Program-made: the position numbers and the translations under genes
In this document: positions 23,391 through 37,377 of the stretch, in pieces
Numbering within the stretch: position 1 is the stretch's first letter
How the letters are laid out: the number at the start of each line of letters is the position of its first letter
The notes under the pieces: generated by a model
The model's input: the letters and a program-made list of their open reading frames with translations, nothing else
Told to the model about the DNA's origin: nothing
Databases searched by the model: none
NCBI RefSeq assembly: GCF_001194135.2
Contig: NC_069003.1
Span: forward strand, 23,102,149-23,150,076
Origin: Octopus bimaculoides
Taxonomy: Eukaryota
Direction of reading: 5' to 3'
Length of the DNA stretch: 47,928 nt

Positions 23391-25294
23391 CTTTTTCGAT
23401 TTCTGAAATTCTTTTTATCTTAATTTTTTTTTAATACTTAATTGTTCACTTTCAATATATATTTCTCAATTTTATAAGTATATCTTCAACATTGGAGCAA
23501 ATACCGTAAAATGTAACTTAAACTGTTGGTATTCTAAAGTTGAGGCCAGAGTTCGATTGCTCGTCATCGATATTTTCTCTCGTCATCGATACTTTGTCTG
23601 CAGAATAAAAATGAATATTGCGACAGCTCCAATTTTTACTTTTGATTTTAACAGAAGTAATCTTCTCAGGGACAAACATTTAAAATCTTTAATTAAAAGT
23701 CGAAATATTCATTCAGCACTACTCCACATTGTTATCAATTCATTCAACACTACTCTACATTGTTATCAATTGTTTTCTTATAAAAAGTCAATAATTCTCG
23801 AAAAACTACAATATTTCCGTTGAATCGAGGTTGTCCTACGGTTTCAGTACCCGATTAAATATAATTTGCTTCACTTACACAACTATAAGGAAGTTAATAT
23901 GCCTCAGTCCAAGTGTTCTTCACCAAGATCCTTGTCCATGTTATATAGGATAAGCAGTTAGAGTCATTGCACTGGCCATTCACGCAACTGCCAGCCAAAC
24001 TGTTTATTTCTCAAATTCATTTTGAGTTAGTTGCTGCAGGTTGGTATATTCCAATGATGTTAGTTGTGTCGCTTGTTGTAAATGGATGAGAATTTGTCGG
24101 CAAATGCAGGGTAAAATTTGCTTCCTGGGTTGGTAAATTATGCAAGTGAACTCGTACATATTGTAAAGAAAAGGTAGAAATAGTGTTGCATCATGGAATT
24201 CAGTTATCATCAGCATTATCATCATCTGTTAGTCAATCTTTCAATGGGGCCATCTTCTTTTCCATTACGACCATTCTTTTAATGCTTTTACTTAACTACA
24301 TTAGTGCTCCGTAATGAATATAATCTTTACTTGACAATAAGACTGGTCACAAGGGTTATATTAGTGAAACCGCGTACCTTTACAATTATAAATAGCAACT
24401 AAAAAGATAATAAGACGATCTCACCAAGGAAATCATCTTGATTGTTCTGTGTATGAAGATTAGAAATGAAATTCGGGTAAATCGTTAATATTTATTAATT
24501 TATATTATTTTCTTCATTAACTATTCTAAGGCATATGTGGAGATAGTAACGGACTAAGCTAGATGTTTTGTAAAATATGGTTTGGTACCAACCCGTTTGG
24601 AGTTCGAACACAAAAGATATCTACTTCCCTTTTTATTTCTTCGTAGTTGATAAAACAAATACCAGTGACCTACTGCGGCTGTTTGGATATATGATACACT
24701 TTTTCAACAAATTTTTTATGCCTTGTTCAGAAAACAGAGATCTTTTTGGGAAATAAACAGTTAGCTGTTCAGCTTCGTCATTGCAGCAGAGGCTAAGCTG
24801 AGTCTTGTTATTATCTCCCTTTGAGATCTGCCGTCCTTGACAATACAATGAAGAGACAACGATTCTTACACTCAGTTTGAAGAGTTGTGACGTGTAGTCG
24901 CCCTGACCCACCAAATAGTTTGTCTGACAAAATCAAAACAAAGCTTTTTGGAGAGCGGAAACAGAGTCACTTATCTGAGTTGATATCTTTCTGAACATTA
25001 CTTCATTGCCATGGAAAGCAACGGTTTGAGTTATTTCTTTAGATGACAATTCCATGAACTTATAAAGACATCAACGTTTTATAAGTTCAAGGACTTGTCA
25101 TATGATAACTTGCAATACCGGAAATATCAAATACAAGATAAAATGATAAAATAATATTTCTTCATTCATATATAATATGTAATATAAATTATACTATATG
25201 TAATATATAATATAAATTTACTTTGTTGGAAATGTCTAGAAGAAAATTAATTTTTATTATTTCAAAACATACAGAAAAATTTACATTTCATCAT

Positions 25295-25336
25295 TGTATG
25301 TATGCATGCGTGCATGTATGTTTTTATGTATGTATG

Positions 25337-25412
<76 letters not shown>

Positions 25413-25445
25413 TGTCTCTCTGTTTATCTGTCTGTTTGTCTGTCT
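25295..25445. repeat. (ATGT)n-(AT)n-(TCTG)n microsatellite
   Basis: Direct read. Confidence 0.95.
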
Positions 25446-26068
25446 ATCTATTATATTTTCAATACAAACTGTTCTATTTGTAAACTGTTCACACACACAA
25501 CACACATTCAACACACACACATCTGTACTGTACATAAATATGTAAGCATACATACAATCAACAGAAGAGAAATAAGAGATACCGAGAGATGTTGGGAGGG
25601 TGGGGATAAATATTTCCTCACGTCTATGAAACACATCGGGACAGTGAGATTATTTGAAGATTGATTCCTCCAAATGAAGCGGAAAAACATTTATATATGA
25701 AATACCTTGCAGAGAAATTCAAATGGCTTTTGTTCACTAAGAATAAAACACTGTTTGATCTGTACAGCACGTAATTTTAGCAAGACGGACACACAGAAAT
25801 AAATACAGGAGACTCAGATTAACAAAAACAATATTGTGCGGCACTGAATTATTGTTTTACCATTCTCTGGAAAACAAAAAGTATATGATATGTGAAAAGA
25901 AAATATCCAACGCCGTATAAATATCATTATCAAAGTAGAATTGAACCAACACACACCGTTGTACACAGTGTTGTACACAGTGCTCATATACGCACGCGCA
26001 CGTCAGCGTACACACAGAGGCACAGACACACACATACACGCATGTACATAGACATATATCTACATACG

Positions 26069-26114
<46 letters not shown>

Positions 26115-26350
26115 CAGAGAGGGAGATAGACAGACAGATAGATAGATAGATAGATAGGTGTGTGTGTGTGTGTGTATATATATATATNNNNNNNNNNNNN
26201 NNNNNNNNNNNNNNNNNNNNNNNNNNNNNNNNNNNNNNNNNNNNNNNNNNNNNNNNNNNNNNNNNNNNNNNNNNNNNNNNNNNNNNNNNNNNNNNNNNNN
26301 NNNNNNNNNNNNNNNNNNNNNNNNNNNNNNNNNNNNNNNNNNNNNNNNNN

Positions 26351-26605
26351 ACTGCGGCCATGCTGGAGCACTGCTCTAAAGGGTTTTAGTCGACGATTTC
26401 GACCCCGGGACTTATTGTCAGTAAGCCTAGTACTTATTCTATCGGTCAGTTTTGTCGAACCGTTAAGTTACGGGGACATAAACATGCCAACATCGGTTGT
26501 CAAGCGATAGTGGGAGGGCATCCACAAACACAAAGTCACGCACACATAAATATACACACATATACATATATACGACGATCTTCTTTCAGTTTCCGTCTAC
26601 CAAAT
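26351..26605 (-). mobile_element. SINE family B 3' half
   Basis: ACTGCGGCCATGCTGGAGCAC..TTTCAGTTTCCGTCTACCAAAT. Confidence 0.85.
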
Positions 26606-26881
26606 TATTAAATTTATTTCAAGATTTCTTGCCAATAGAGAAAGAATAGGTTTCTAACCTAGATTCAAGGCTCCTTCATTGGAATTTCAACATCAACAAT
26701 TGTATGTATGTATATATGTATGTATGTATGTATGTATGATAAAACAAGCGAATGAATTTTCGGGAGTTGCTACAATTGTTTCTTTAGAAGCTTTTATTAT
26801 GATGTAAGCATAATACAATTATTCAGGTTATGCAATACACTAATCAACTTCCAAGCTCGCCAGGCAACGTCTCAAAACGGA

Positions 26882-26960
26882 GTGACGTAACGACTTGTTG
26901 AGTGATTCATTTATTGTGTGGTCGGGAATTGATGGATCACTCAACAAATCATTACTTCAT
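26882..26960 (+). ncRNA. Candidate pri-miRNA-like hairpin
   Basis: 34-position stem with 4 mismatches and 3 G-U pairs, and an 11-nt loop, in apparently unique sequence; strand assumed from the putative host gene. Confidence 0.45.
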
Positions 26961-27435
26961 CGATACTTTCTGCTCTGATAGCGGATTACTTCACTTTTGT
27001 CTGCCTCTGCAGGATTCTCACTAGCTAATCAGGAGCGTGCTTCACGTTGAGATGCCTAGATTCTTTACAGATCTTTGTAACTAAGATATATATGTGTGAG
27101 TGTGTGTATGTGTGAGTGTGTGTGTATATAGATAGATAAACAGATAGATATACATACACACATACACATATATATGCAGTTAGATATAGATAGATAGGTG
27201 TGGAGTTTAATTATATGATCTCCATTATATAACTGGTAATCATTCTTTGTTTATGAAACGCGTATTAGATGATGTAATTAAATATTGTATAAATAAACCG
27301 TCCTGTATTGTTTACACCAATACACACGGACTCATTCAAACTCTCACTCAGTTACGTACGTATGAATATTTACATACATATGCAGTTATAAATAAATAGA
27401 CTCATGATATTAACATATTGATATTTATATAGATA

Positions 27436-28170
27436 CAGGGTGGGTGAAAAGTAAGCAGGCATTAAAAATTTGTCATAAAATCCATTTTCTTTTTACAAAT
27501 TTATTGAAACAAATGAGACATGTTCTTTATTACACGGGGAAATGAAAGTAAATCTTCATATTTCAACGTAAGCACCGGTGGTGTCAACCAGTTTCCTCAA
27601 ACTGCCAGGGATGGAATGAACAACCCTCTGAAAGACGTCATCTGGGATATCAATGAGAACCCTCTGAATCTGTGTCTCCAGGCCCTCCTTTGTGTGAGAT
27701 TTTGTCTTGTACACCACCTCTTTTGTGTAACCCCACAGGTAAAAGTCACATCGAGTGATATCTGGACTTCTTGTAGTTCTGGACTTCTGGACTTCTGCGG
27801 TTACAGTCTTCAAATTTTAGCTCCTGCACGTAATGGGGTTTCCACGGACGAAAATTCAATTCTTTATGTAACACTGTACGTATTGTGAGTCTTGTTAGTC
27901 CACTTTCACGAGTTGCTTGACGTGTTGATTTTTGTGGGCTGCGATTAAACATTTCCTGCTCTATTGCCACGTTCTCCGCCGATCGGGATGTGGTTGGACG
28001 GCCACTTCTTTTTGCATCGTTCATAGAGCCCAGTGTCCTCAGCTTTGCATGACAACCTTTTATTGTCTCCGGATGTAGTGTTGCATGCTTACCTTTCCAT
28101 GCACGCCACCATCTCTGAACCAAAACAATGGAATTCCATGCTTCATAGCGTGCTGTTATCTTAGCTCACT
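27436..28170 (-). mobile_element. Tc1/mariner-superfamily element, internally deleted
   Basis: TA plus TIR CAGGGTGGGTGAAAAGT at 27436; N-terminal HTH (KRSGRPTTSRS..RSPQKSTRQ) joined almost directly to the C-terminal RSPDITRCDFYLWG, so most of the DDD core is missing. Confidence 0.85.
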
Positions 28171-28287
28171 CCTGAACAGTCAAGCGACCAGTCATCTGGA
28201 AAATAAGAAATTAGAAAATAAAAAATCCCCGTTAGTGTTGTCTGTTTAAAAGCATTTGCTACTACACACACACATACATACATATAT

Positions 28288-28412
28288 ATATACATAGGCT
28301 TTGGTCGGCCCGAGGCTATAGTAGAAGACACTTGCCCAAGGTGCCACACAGTAGGACTGAACCCAGAACCATGTGATTAGTAAGCAAGCTACTTACCACA
28401 CAGCCACTCCTG
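28288..28412 (-). mobile_element. SINE family B head fragment
   Basis: GGCTTTGGTCGGCCCGAGG..CTTACCACACAGCCAC. Confidence 0.85.
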
Positions 28413-29187
28413 TATATATATTTTATTCTATCAGTCATTATTTGTCTATCATAAATCACTGTTTACAAGTAGTCCCTATGTTAAACCAGATATGAAGATA
28501 GACATGGACCATGCCTTATACACACATACAGGCATGCATGTGTGTGTGCGTGCGTGTCTGAGTGTCAGTGTCTGTGCGTAAAAATTGCTTTAACGAAACT
28601 CATATTTTGGTTGAAATACGTGAATGGAGAACGTGTGGACCAGAGAAAAGAGACGTCGTCAGTTGAATATGACAATCACCAGATTTCCTAGCTATTTCTG
28701 TTCCTCGTTCGATACGAATTAATTGACAATTAATATACTGGTACTACTTCACGACGTTTTATATGATACATGACCAAATATATTTGTCATAAGAAAAATG
28801 GTTTTTGCTGTTGAAATTAATTTTACTGATAAGTCAGAATGGGGAAAACGTCAGTTTTTTTAACTTTTCATGTTATTATGGCTGTCCCCAACTGAAACTC
28901 GTTGTTATGGTTCAAGCTAGAATAGCAAATCGTCTTGAAATTTGACAGAACTGAGAATTTGTCCATAAGGACAGTGCCCAAGGTAACAAATAGAGAAATT
29001 CGCGTTCCATTTGGAATATGGTTCCGTGTCGAATTGGAACCGTCGATTGGAACACTTTTCGTGCGTTTTTCAGTATCCTCAACGTCTATAAAGCTGAAAT
29101 TGTACATTTTCGAGTAAACTGAATATAACCTGTAGATATCTTTCGCTACCTGTTTGACAATAAATGCATAATAGTTATTGTATTCCT

Positions 29188-29248
<61 letters not shown>

Positions 29249-29788
29249 NNNNNNNNNNNNNNNNNNNNNNNNNNNNNNNNNNNNNNNNNNNNNNNNNNNN
29301 NNNNNNNNNNNNNNNNNNNNNNNNNNNNNNNNNNNNNNNNNNNNNNNNNNNNNNNNNNNNNNNNNNNNNNNNNNNNNNNNNNNNNNNNNNNNNNNNNNNN
29401 NNNNNNNNNNNNNNNNNNNNNNNNNNNNNNNNNNNNNNNNNNNNNNNNNNNNNNNNNNNNNNNNNNNNNNNNNNNNNNNNNNNNNNNNNNNNNNNNNNNN
29501 NNNNNNNNNNNNNNNNNNNNNNNNNNNNNNNNNNNNNNNNNNNNNNNNNNNNNNNNNNNNNNNNNNNNNNNNNNNNNNNNNNNNNNNNNNNNNNNNNNNN
29601 NNNNNNNNNNNNNNNNNNNNNNNNNNNNNNNNNNNNNNNNNNNNNNNNNNNNNNNNNNNNNNNNNNNNNNNNNNNNNNNNNNNNNNNNNNNNNNNNNNNN
29701 NNNNNNNNNNNNNNNNNNNNNNNNNNNNNNNNNNGGCAGATGGAGAGACAGACAAACGTACAGACAGAAATTGCCATCCGTATATAAA

Positions 29789-29843
<55 letters not shown>

Positions 29844-30559
29844 ACAGACACACACACACACACACACATCATACGTCCTAATTGATTGCATAATACTATA
29901 CTTTATTAATTTATTAATAAAATTTGATGTATAACAGGGGGACTAAGTCTATTGTACGAATTACAGACTCGTGTTAGAAACCATGAAAATATAATTATTA
30001 GAGAATATAGTCGAAAAAAATAGTCTTAAATCCAATAGAAAACCGTAGGATTTACCAACTAAAAGTAATAAATCATTTGTGTAAAGTATAGCAAATTGAA
30101 GTATATTAATTCACGTCTGTTTCTGTAGCGCTTAATGATCGAGAAATGAAGTTTTTCATATGTAAGACATGGTTATGCACCAAATAACCATATGAGAGTT
30201 TTCTCTCTTGATAAATATCACAGTATTTGTGTGTTCTAACGCAACATTCACTTTCAAGTGGCAAATATTTTACCCTTTGATATTTATACTGCCTTTGTTG
30301 CTCTATTTCTAGGTATGATTATAGAATTTTTTTAGCTGTGGTCCTTGTGCCTACTCCCTATAACAGGATCGTGTGTGGCACGTACAATAAAGTGTGTCGT
30401 CCAAAGATACAACAAAATGCTTTCGACGGATTTGGACGCGAATATTCTAATCCGATAGACTGAATTTGACAGCGATTTTTCGCCACCATCATACTGTACT
30501 TCAATGAATATTTTTGGATATATTAGTTGTCAGTCGGTTACACACAGCCGTTGAATATA

Positions 30560-30900
30560 AAAGAAGTACAGATGTTATTTACATAGGTTGTTAAGACATT
30601 TAATCAGATAGATCACGGAAGGCGATTATAAATGTTCGGAAAAAATGAATGAATTAGGGGAATGAAATGCTTTCTACCAAATTTCTACAGGGAGAACAGA
30701 TTCAGTTTATCGAACAACTTTAATTACTTACTGGATTTCTGATTTACGCACAGTACTTCAGGATAACAGCTGGAAGAAAATGTGGTGATCATACAGAATA
30801 TTACACCAGCTTTGAAGACATTTGACGTCAGAGGGAATACAACACAAGAGAAATAAAGACTTCAAAGAGAAATCTTTAAGCGATCAGAGGCAGGCATTCG
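30560..30900 (+). mobile_element. Highly decayed CR1/L2-like RT fragment
   Basis: DVIYIG/(frameshift)KTFNQIDHG resembles DVIYLDFxKAFDKVDHG; weak beyond that. Confidence 0.45.
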
Positions 30901-32002
30901 TTTCGATATTTTCTCAACTTTACCTTCTAACCTTATTTGCGACTTTCTATTTTTATATATAATTTATACAGAGTATCTAATTTCTATGAGACACCCAATT
31001 TTCTCATGGGCATTAAAGATATCAATGACATACTATGGCCTCAAACAGAAATCGAGAATGTTGCAAAATCATTATACCTCGATGTCATCTCGCAACCATC
31101 ACTGTTCACCAAACTCAAATTACCAGACAAAATCAAAATTTGTTTCTCAAAATCAATGATGTTACAAACTTGTTAACAGTATAGTTTTACATGTTAGGCA
31201 GCGGTGGTGATGGTGGTAGGGAGGTTTTACGTCTTCTAGACGACATGTGAACAAACTCATTATGTATTAGTTAGAGATGACCAGTTGATTTATATTCCAA
31301 TATTGGTTCCCGATAATGAACCGCCAAATAGCAGAAGAGGACGAAGAAGAAGAAGAAGAAGTTAAAAATCTCCGGGGACATAAAGGTGTTGGTAACAATA
31401 TAATGATGATGATGATGATGACGATGATGGTGTTGGACAATTGTTGCTGCTAACAATGTTGATGAGGATACGTAGGTGGCAGAGGAGATTGGTGAGGAAA
31501 GAACAACAAAAAAAAGTAAGGAATTAAGGAAAGATATTTGTGTTAATTCTTAAGTTCTAATTCTAGGAGAACTGAAAATTGGCCAAAGTTTTGAATTGCG
31601 ACTTGACAAATATCAATAACGATTGTCAGCTAAATTGAATGACGTTGTGATTATTGTGCTATTTACATAAAAGTCTTGCATGTGAGAAAGTAAATCTCGT
31701 GTTATTTTATCAGTTAATCATACTGTTACATTGTCAGTCATCTCGTTGCTGTACAGGACACCTAGGACAGGAAATTAACTTACTAACATAATAAATCACC
31801 AAGAAATGTTTGAAACATCTTGTCAAAGTTATCTGTAAATAATATGTATATGGTACAGGCGGTTGTGGAATTAGGAAGTTTGTTTTGCAATTCTGTAATG
31901 CAGCTCTGGGTTCTATTCGAAGCCAGTTCGTGGCGCCTTCAGCAAATGTCTTCCACTGTAGTCAAACAAACCTATGTTAGTTAAATTTTGGAAATCAAAA
32001 CC

Positions 32003-32039
<37 letters not shown>

Positions 32040-32544
32040 CAGCCGGTTTGGTTACTTTTTATAGCCGCGTTTTGTTACCGTTTGTGTAACACTACTTTTA
32101 TATGTTTCCTATTTGGAATTAGATAATAAATATATTTTACTTTTGAAGTAGGAATATATATTGATAAACCTGTCACTTATAACTTACTTATATATGTTAT
32201 CATTATATGTAAATGCTCCAGCTACATAACTCCAGCTACATAAACGCCATAGCGAGAAATATATACTCTGAAATGCAAACGGACATTTTATGCGTGCATG
32301 TATGTTGAAGATAAACAAATTCGTGTTCTTTTAACCGCTATAAAAAATAAACAGTTTCATAATTGCAGAAATTAATTTCATTAACAAGTTGAAGAACGTG
32401 AAGAAAGAGAAAATTACTACATTATTTTATTTATGCACATTTAGCATTTATGGTACAATTGGAAAGTAAAATCATTTTGTTGTAGAGAATTTCGACTTAA
32501 AATTCACACTAGCTAATCTTTCATACTAACTACTAGAGTTCACA

Positions 32545-35453
32545 ACAATTCAAATAAGTTTTATTGGATTTGTATCATAGACATGGCATCCTTTATTTGA
32601 CCCATTAATTGATAGCAATGGTCGTTGATCTGTTTGTAACAGAAAGCTTCTACCAAGTAGAAACCTGTGAATTTTTTTTTTACAGTAAAGATAAAGCTTC
32701 TTTTTCTATCTGACTGTATTTTTTTCTCTGCCGCTGTCAGCGAACGCGAAACATGAATCACTGGTTTCATACTTCCATCTTTATACTTGTGTAGCAAAAC
32801 TACTCCTATTCCGCATTCCGAAGCACCAGACGCTACAACAATGATTCAAGAGACAAATCTGCGATTAGAATTCTTTTTATTTCTTCAAACACGTTTTGGC
32901 ATTTAACCGACCAATTCCACTTTACTTCCCTTTAATAAGTCATTCAATGGAACTCTTAATTTGTGTATGGTAGGAATGTAGTTTTGGTAGTAGTTTGCCA
33001 GCCCACGAATCGATTATAATGTTGGTATATTTGTCGGAGCAGGAATATTATTTATTGCGTCTGCCCTCAACGAGTCAAGCCGTCTACCATTTTTATCAAC
33101 TATTTGCCCTAAGTACTTAATTTGAGGCAAAAAGAATTCTCATTTTTCTTCACTCAAAGTGAACCTGTACTCTTTAATTTTCTTGAACACAACTTTTATA
33201 TGCTCCACATGCTGCTCATGCGAATTACTCTTAATCAATATATCGTTCAAATAAGGGAGTGCAAATTCACAATCAGATAACATAGCGTCCATGATTTGCT
33301 GAAATATTGCTAGTGCAACCTTTAATCCAAAAGGTAACCGGGTATATCTTTACAGTCCTCTATATGTATTTATTGTCAGATCCTTTGAGCATTTGTTATT
33401 TACTTCAATTTGTAAATAAGTGTCAGATAGATCCAATTTCGAGAAAAGTTTTCCACCATTTAATTTTGCAAAAATGTCCTCAGGGTCCGGGAGTGGATGG
33501 TGGCAGGTCTTTAAGCAGGCGTTCAATCCTGTAGAGAAATTGGCACACAGCCTAATCTTACTATTTTTCTTTTTAATGCACACCGCAGGCACCGCCCACT
33601 TAGAATAATCCACCTTTTTGATGATTCCACTCTTTTCCAGTCTGTACAACTCTTCATTTACGATTTCAATTGCCATGATCGGTACTTTTCTGTTAGATTT
33701 AAATATAGCCACAGTGTTTTCACTTACTTGAAAGTAAGGCTTCAGTCTTTTTACATAGACCTAACTCCTCCAATAGTACTCGAGGAAACAACCCTTTCAA
33801 TTTTCTTTTCAATTGCTCAGACGATTTATTTTTAACGGGACAACAATTTATGTTTCTGCAGTAGAGACTTATGGGGAGGTACCGTAAGTCAAATAACTCC
33901 AACCAATCTGTACCAAACAGATTGATTGTATTCTCCTCAATGAATATTTTTGGTTCGCGTGTTGCTCCTCGAAATGTGACGTCTGTACACATTTCACCCA
34001 TAAAATGTAATTTATCGCCCGTTACGCCAGGCGCAATTTTCGCTGTTTTACGTAAGTAACCTCGGTTTTCCAATTTTTCTCCATGTATCCTCATTTATGA
34101 TTGAAATATCACTACCCGTACCCAACTGTAGTTTAATATTTGCACCATTTATTTTTACGTCTACGAATTTTTCTTGTTTTTGTGTCGCATTCACTTCCTG
34201 CTGAAAACACCTCAGTACGTTTTGCGTTCGACCCTCGTAATTTTGTCCTGCTCTTGTGAGCAAGTTTCTGACAAATACAGCATTTTCTGTTTTTAAACGG
34301 ACACTCTTTTCTGAAGTGTAGGCCTCCACATCTGCAACATGGATTGGTGGCTGGCACTCTTTTTTTCGTTCACTTTCCGGGTCGACACATCTGAATTTTT
34401 GCGGAATCTTTCTCTTGAATTTTTTCACGTCGTCATTCAACTTTACCATTGACATTCTTCTGCAATGGTCTGTAGGATTAAGTCTTGGTTCGCTTGCTCC
34501 ATTCTTGAGAGTTTTTGCCCGAATTTCTCTATCTTCGGTTGCTGTAAGGCCTTGTACGAAGATAAGGGATTTAAACATATCCGGAGTGAGTTCCTGAAGT
34601 TTAAATTTTTTACACATACGGTTGACTACTCCAGCGTATGTAATAAAGTTATCATCGTCATTTTTTGTTAAGTTCCAACACTCCATTCAAGTGTTAAATA
34701 ATGAACTTTTGTCACAAAAGATCTTTGATAGTAATTCAATAGTTTCTTGGAAACAAATCTCACTCGACTTTTTGGGCAATATAAAGTTACAGCAGCGTTC
34801 ATGCTCGGCCGGAGCTACCTTGCGCAGCAATAGCCTCACCTTCTCCTCATCCGACCATGACTTACAAACTTTATTAAAAATTTCCTCGTACCTTCTATAG
34901 TACGTAGGAAGTGTAATACCCTCCTCCGGATTATAAGTGAATTCAGAAATCGAGTTCGTCACGCCGTCTGGCGTAATCGAACTTACCGAATTTTCTGACT
35001 TCCTTGACTGTAACTCAATTAACAGTTGTTGTTGTTGTTGTTGTAGTAATATTTGCTTCTGCAACTCCTGTAAATGTTCCTGTTGCTTCTCTTGAAGCTG
35101 TATTACTGTGGCTAATAGGTTCTCCATAATTTAACCAATTTGTATGACGCATAAATTGTCAAATAACTTAGGTTAGCTTCGAAAAATCCTTATCGCTAGA
35201 TGTTATATCCTTACGTCTCCAATATCGTAATACGGTTGATATTGTCGGCGATAGATAAAGAATATACTGTAACAGTGTTATAACAATACAAAATAGAATC
35301 AGCGGCAGTAACAAATACGTAACGAACCAACAATCAATATTTCCTGGACTTCGAAAACCAAATTATGAATTGCCGACTACGTCAACCCGCTACTGTTCAT
35401 GTGTAGTTACCACGTCTGTTCTCGTCAGAAGGTGTCGTACTCTCGCCACAACA
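32545..35453 (-). mobile_element. Ty3/Gypsy (Mag-like) LTR retrotransposon remnant: 5' LTR, gag, protease, RT, partial RNase H
   Basis: Gag ITLPTYYRRYEEIF..KVRLLLRK; paired knuckles CCRCGGLHFRKEC..CCICQKLAH; protease LQLGTGSDISI (catalytic D lost); RT WAVPAV..IRLCANF..FSKLDLSDTYLQ; RNase H PVIHVSRSLTAAEK. Frameshifted; no integrase or 3' LTR seen. Confidence 0.92.
35191..35453 (-). repeat. 5' LTR of the Gypsy remnant (263 bp)
   Basis: The minus strand runs TGTTGTGG...GGATATAACA, followed by a degenerate PBS TCTAGCGATAAGG (compare TGGCGACGAGG) just upstream of gag. Confidence 0.65.
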
Positions 35454-37377
35454 ACGTGATAAAAACCTGCACATACCACGTGTATTAATGGTAAAAAAAA
35501 CTATCAGTAGTAGCGCTTATCTTAATACAATAAATGATATATATATATATATACACATACACATACATTGTGATGCGTGTATGTATGTATATATAAGTAG
35601 TAGTTCATGAACTATAGAGGACTTCTAAGTAAAAAAGTAAACACAGCAGTTCATGAATTAAATTCGAAAGTTTATCTCTTTAGATTGAAGTAGCGGTACA
35701 GGACTTTTTTCAGAGACAATATTTATGAAAGAACAGTTTTATATTTGGATATTTATAAGAGGTCCTTTTGAATGTCACAGTTTAAAGCAGATCATTTCGT
35801 CGTCTTTGTGTAAAATCTTTTCAGGAAGCTAGCTGATGTGTTCAGTTAATCATGCGTTTCGTGTGGCACCAGCTGAATGAACGTTTCTTTCGTGGTTAAG
35901 TTTTTCTTGTTGCAACGGGCGAAGAAGAATGTGTAACAATAGAAGCAAAATGATGTGGGTTTAAAGTAATAAAGCTTCAAAATGGCTGGTAAACTATAAA
36001 ATGCAGTGATTTGTAAACTGTAATAGCTGCTAAAGCTGAAAATAGAGTTGTGAGCGTAAAGTGTGAATTCATTCATGTTTTCAGTGTTCATGAAACTTAT
36101 TGAAGTTGGTTAAACCCATGCAAGGAAAACGAAATAAGTGTTACTAGCTGCCTATTTGTAGGATGCTGATCTGCATAGCTGTTCTATGTAGCCGTTGCTA
36201 ATGAGAAATCTGAGAGCAAACGACTTCCCATTATTTTGACTTTCATAGAAGAATATTCAATCAAGAACGCAGATGGCTCGAATCAGCGCAGAACTTCATC
36301 AAGTAGTTAGAGCATTTGACTAAATATCATGCAGTATTTTTCAAGCTTTCGTGTTCAAAGTTCCAATCTTGTTCAGTCCCCGAAGTCGCTATAATAAGGT
36401 TCCAGTCATCTAAATAGACTTCACATATTAAATTAAATGAACTAGTGGTGTTGTAACAACATCAGTAAAGCTAAAAGAAAAAAAAAAATGAAACTCAAGT
36501 CTGGCCCAAACTTGCCCAAGTTTTTAAATCCGCTGGCAAAATGGATGACTTAACTATTATTAGCTCAGTTCTCTCTCATTCAACTCAGGCTTTTCTAAAC
36601 ACTTCTCTCTGATTAAGCTCAGACTTTTCTGAAAAGACCAGTCGAGTGTCATCGGTCTACTGATTTAGAATGAAATGCTGTTACATCCTCCTCCATGATT
36701 TCAAACTCATTTACTCCATACAAAGGAAATGAAATCGGCGATTTACTGCATTAACTTGTGCTTATTTTTAAAAATGATAAAACATATCCATAAAATGCCT
36801 AACTTTATGTTTTATAAATTTAGATTTTATAAGTTAGGTTTTATGAAGTTAGGTTTTATACGTTCGCAGAAATACAAACAACAAAGGTTATGAAATTACT
36901 GAATATGCACTTGGCGTGGATTCTAAATGTTTTAAATGTTTTTAAATGCTCCTAATATTGTGGTTCGTGTGCTTATCTGAAGAAAACGATTTTTATGATA
37001 TGATGTAACCATTAATCAATTCAAAAAATTTGTTGGAAACAGTTGTAAGGACACCTTTCCATCGTTTATTATTTATTTACATATGATTCACCTCCCTCGG
37101 AACTTGCTCCTCGCGAGTTCCGAAATATGGAATGGACTATATATTTAATACAATGTGCATATTTCTGCATTAGTCCAAGGACTAACAATATACTCAGTAG
37201 GGTTCAATTAATTGTATACATAACCTGAATATCTTTCTGCCAACATTTGTATTCGTCTATAGTTGCGGTGTATGCATTTTGATGTTGACCCGACCCGGTA
37301 CCTTACCATCTAAGTGCCTTATTAACCCGAATCCTAATATATTGTGTGTGTATGTGTATATTATTATTATTATTATT

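Noticed and set aside
23949-24314. Long + frame interrupted only by two TGA codons (selenoprotein?) with a hydrophobic tail
   Set aside because: No recognisable selenoprotein motif, splice acceptor or SECIS seen; two TGA stops are easily due to chance
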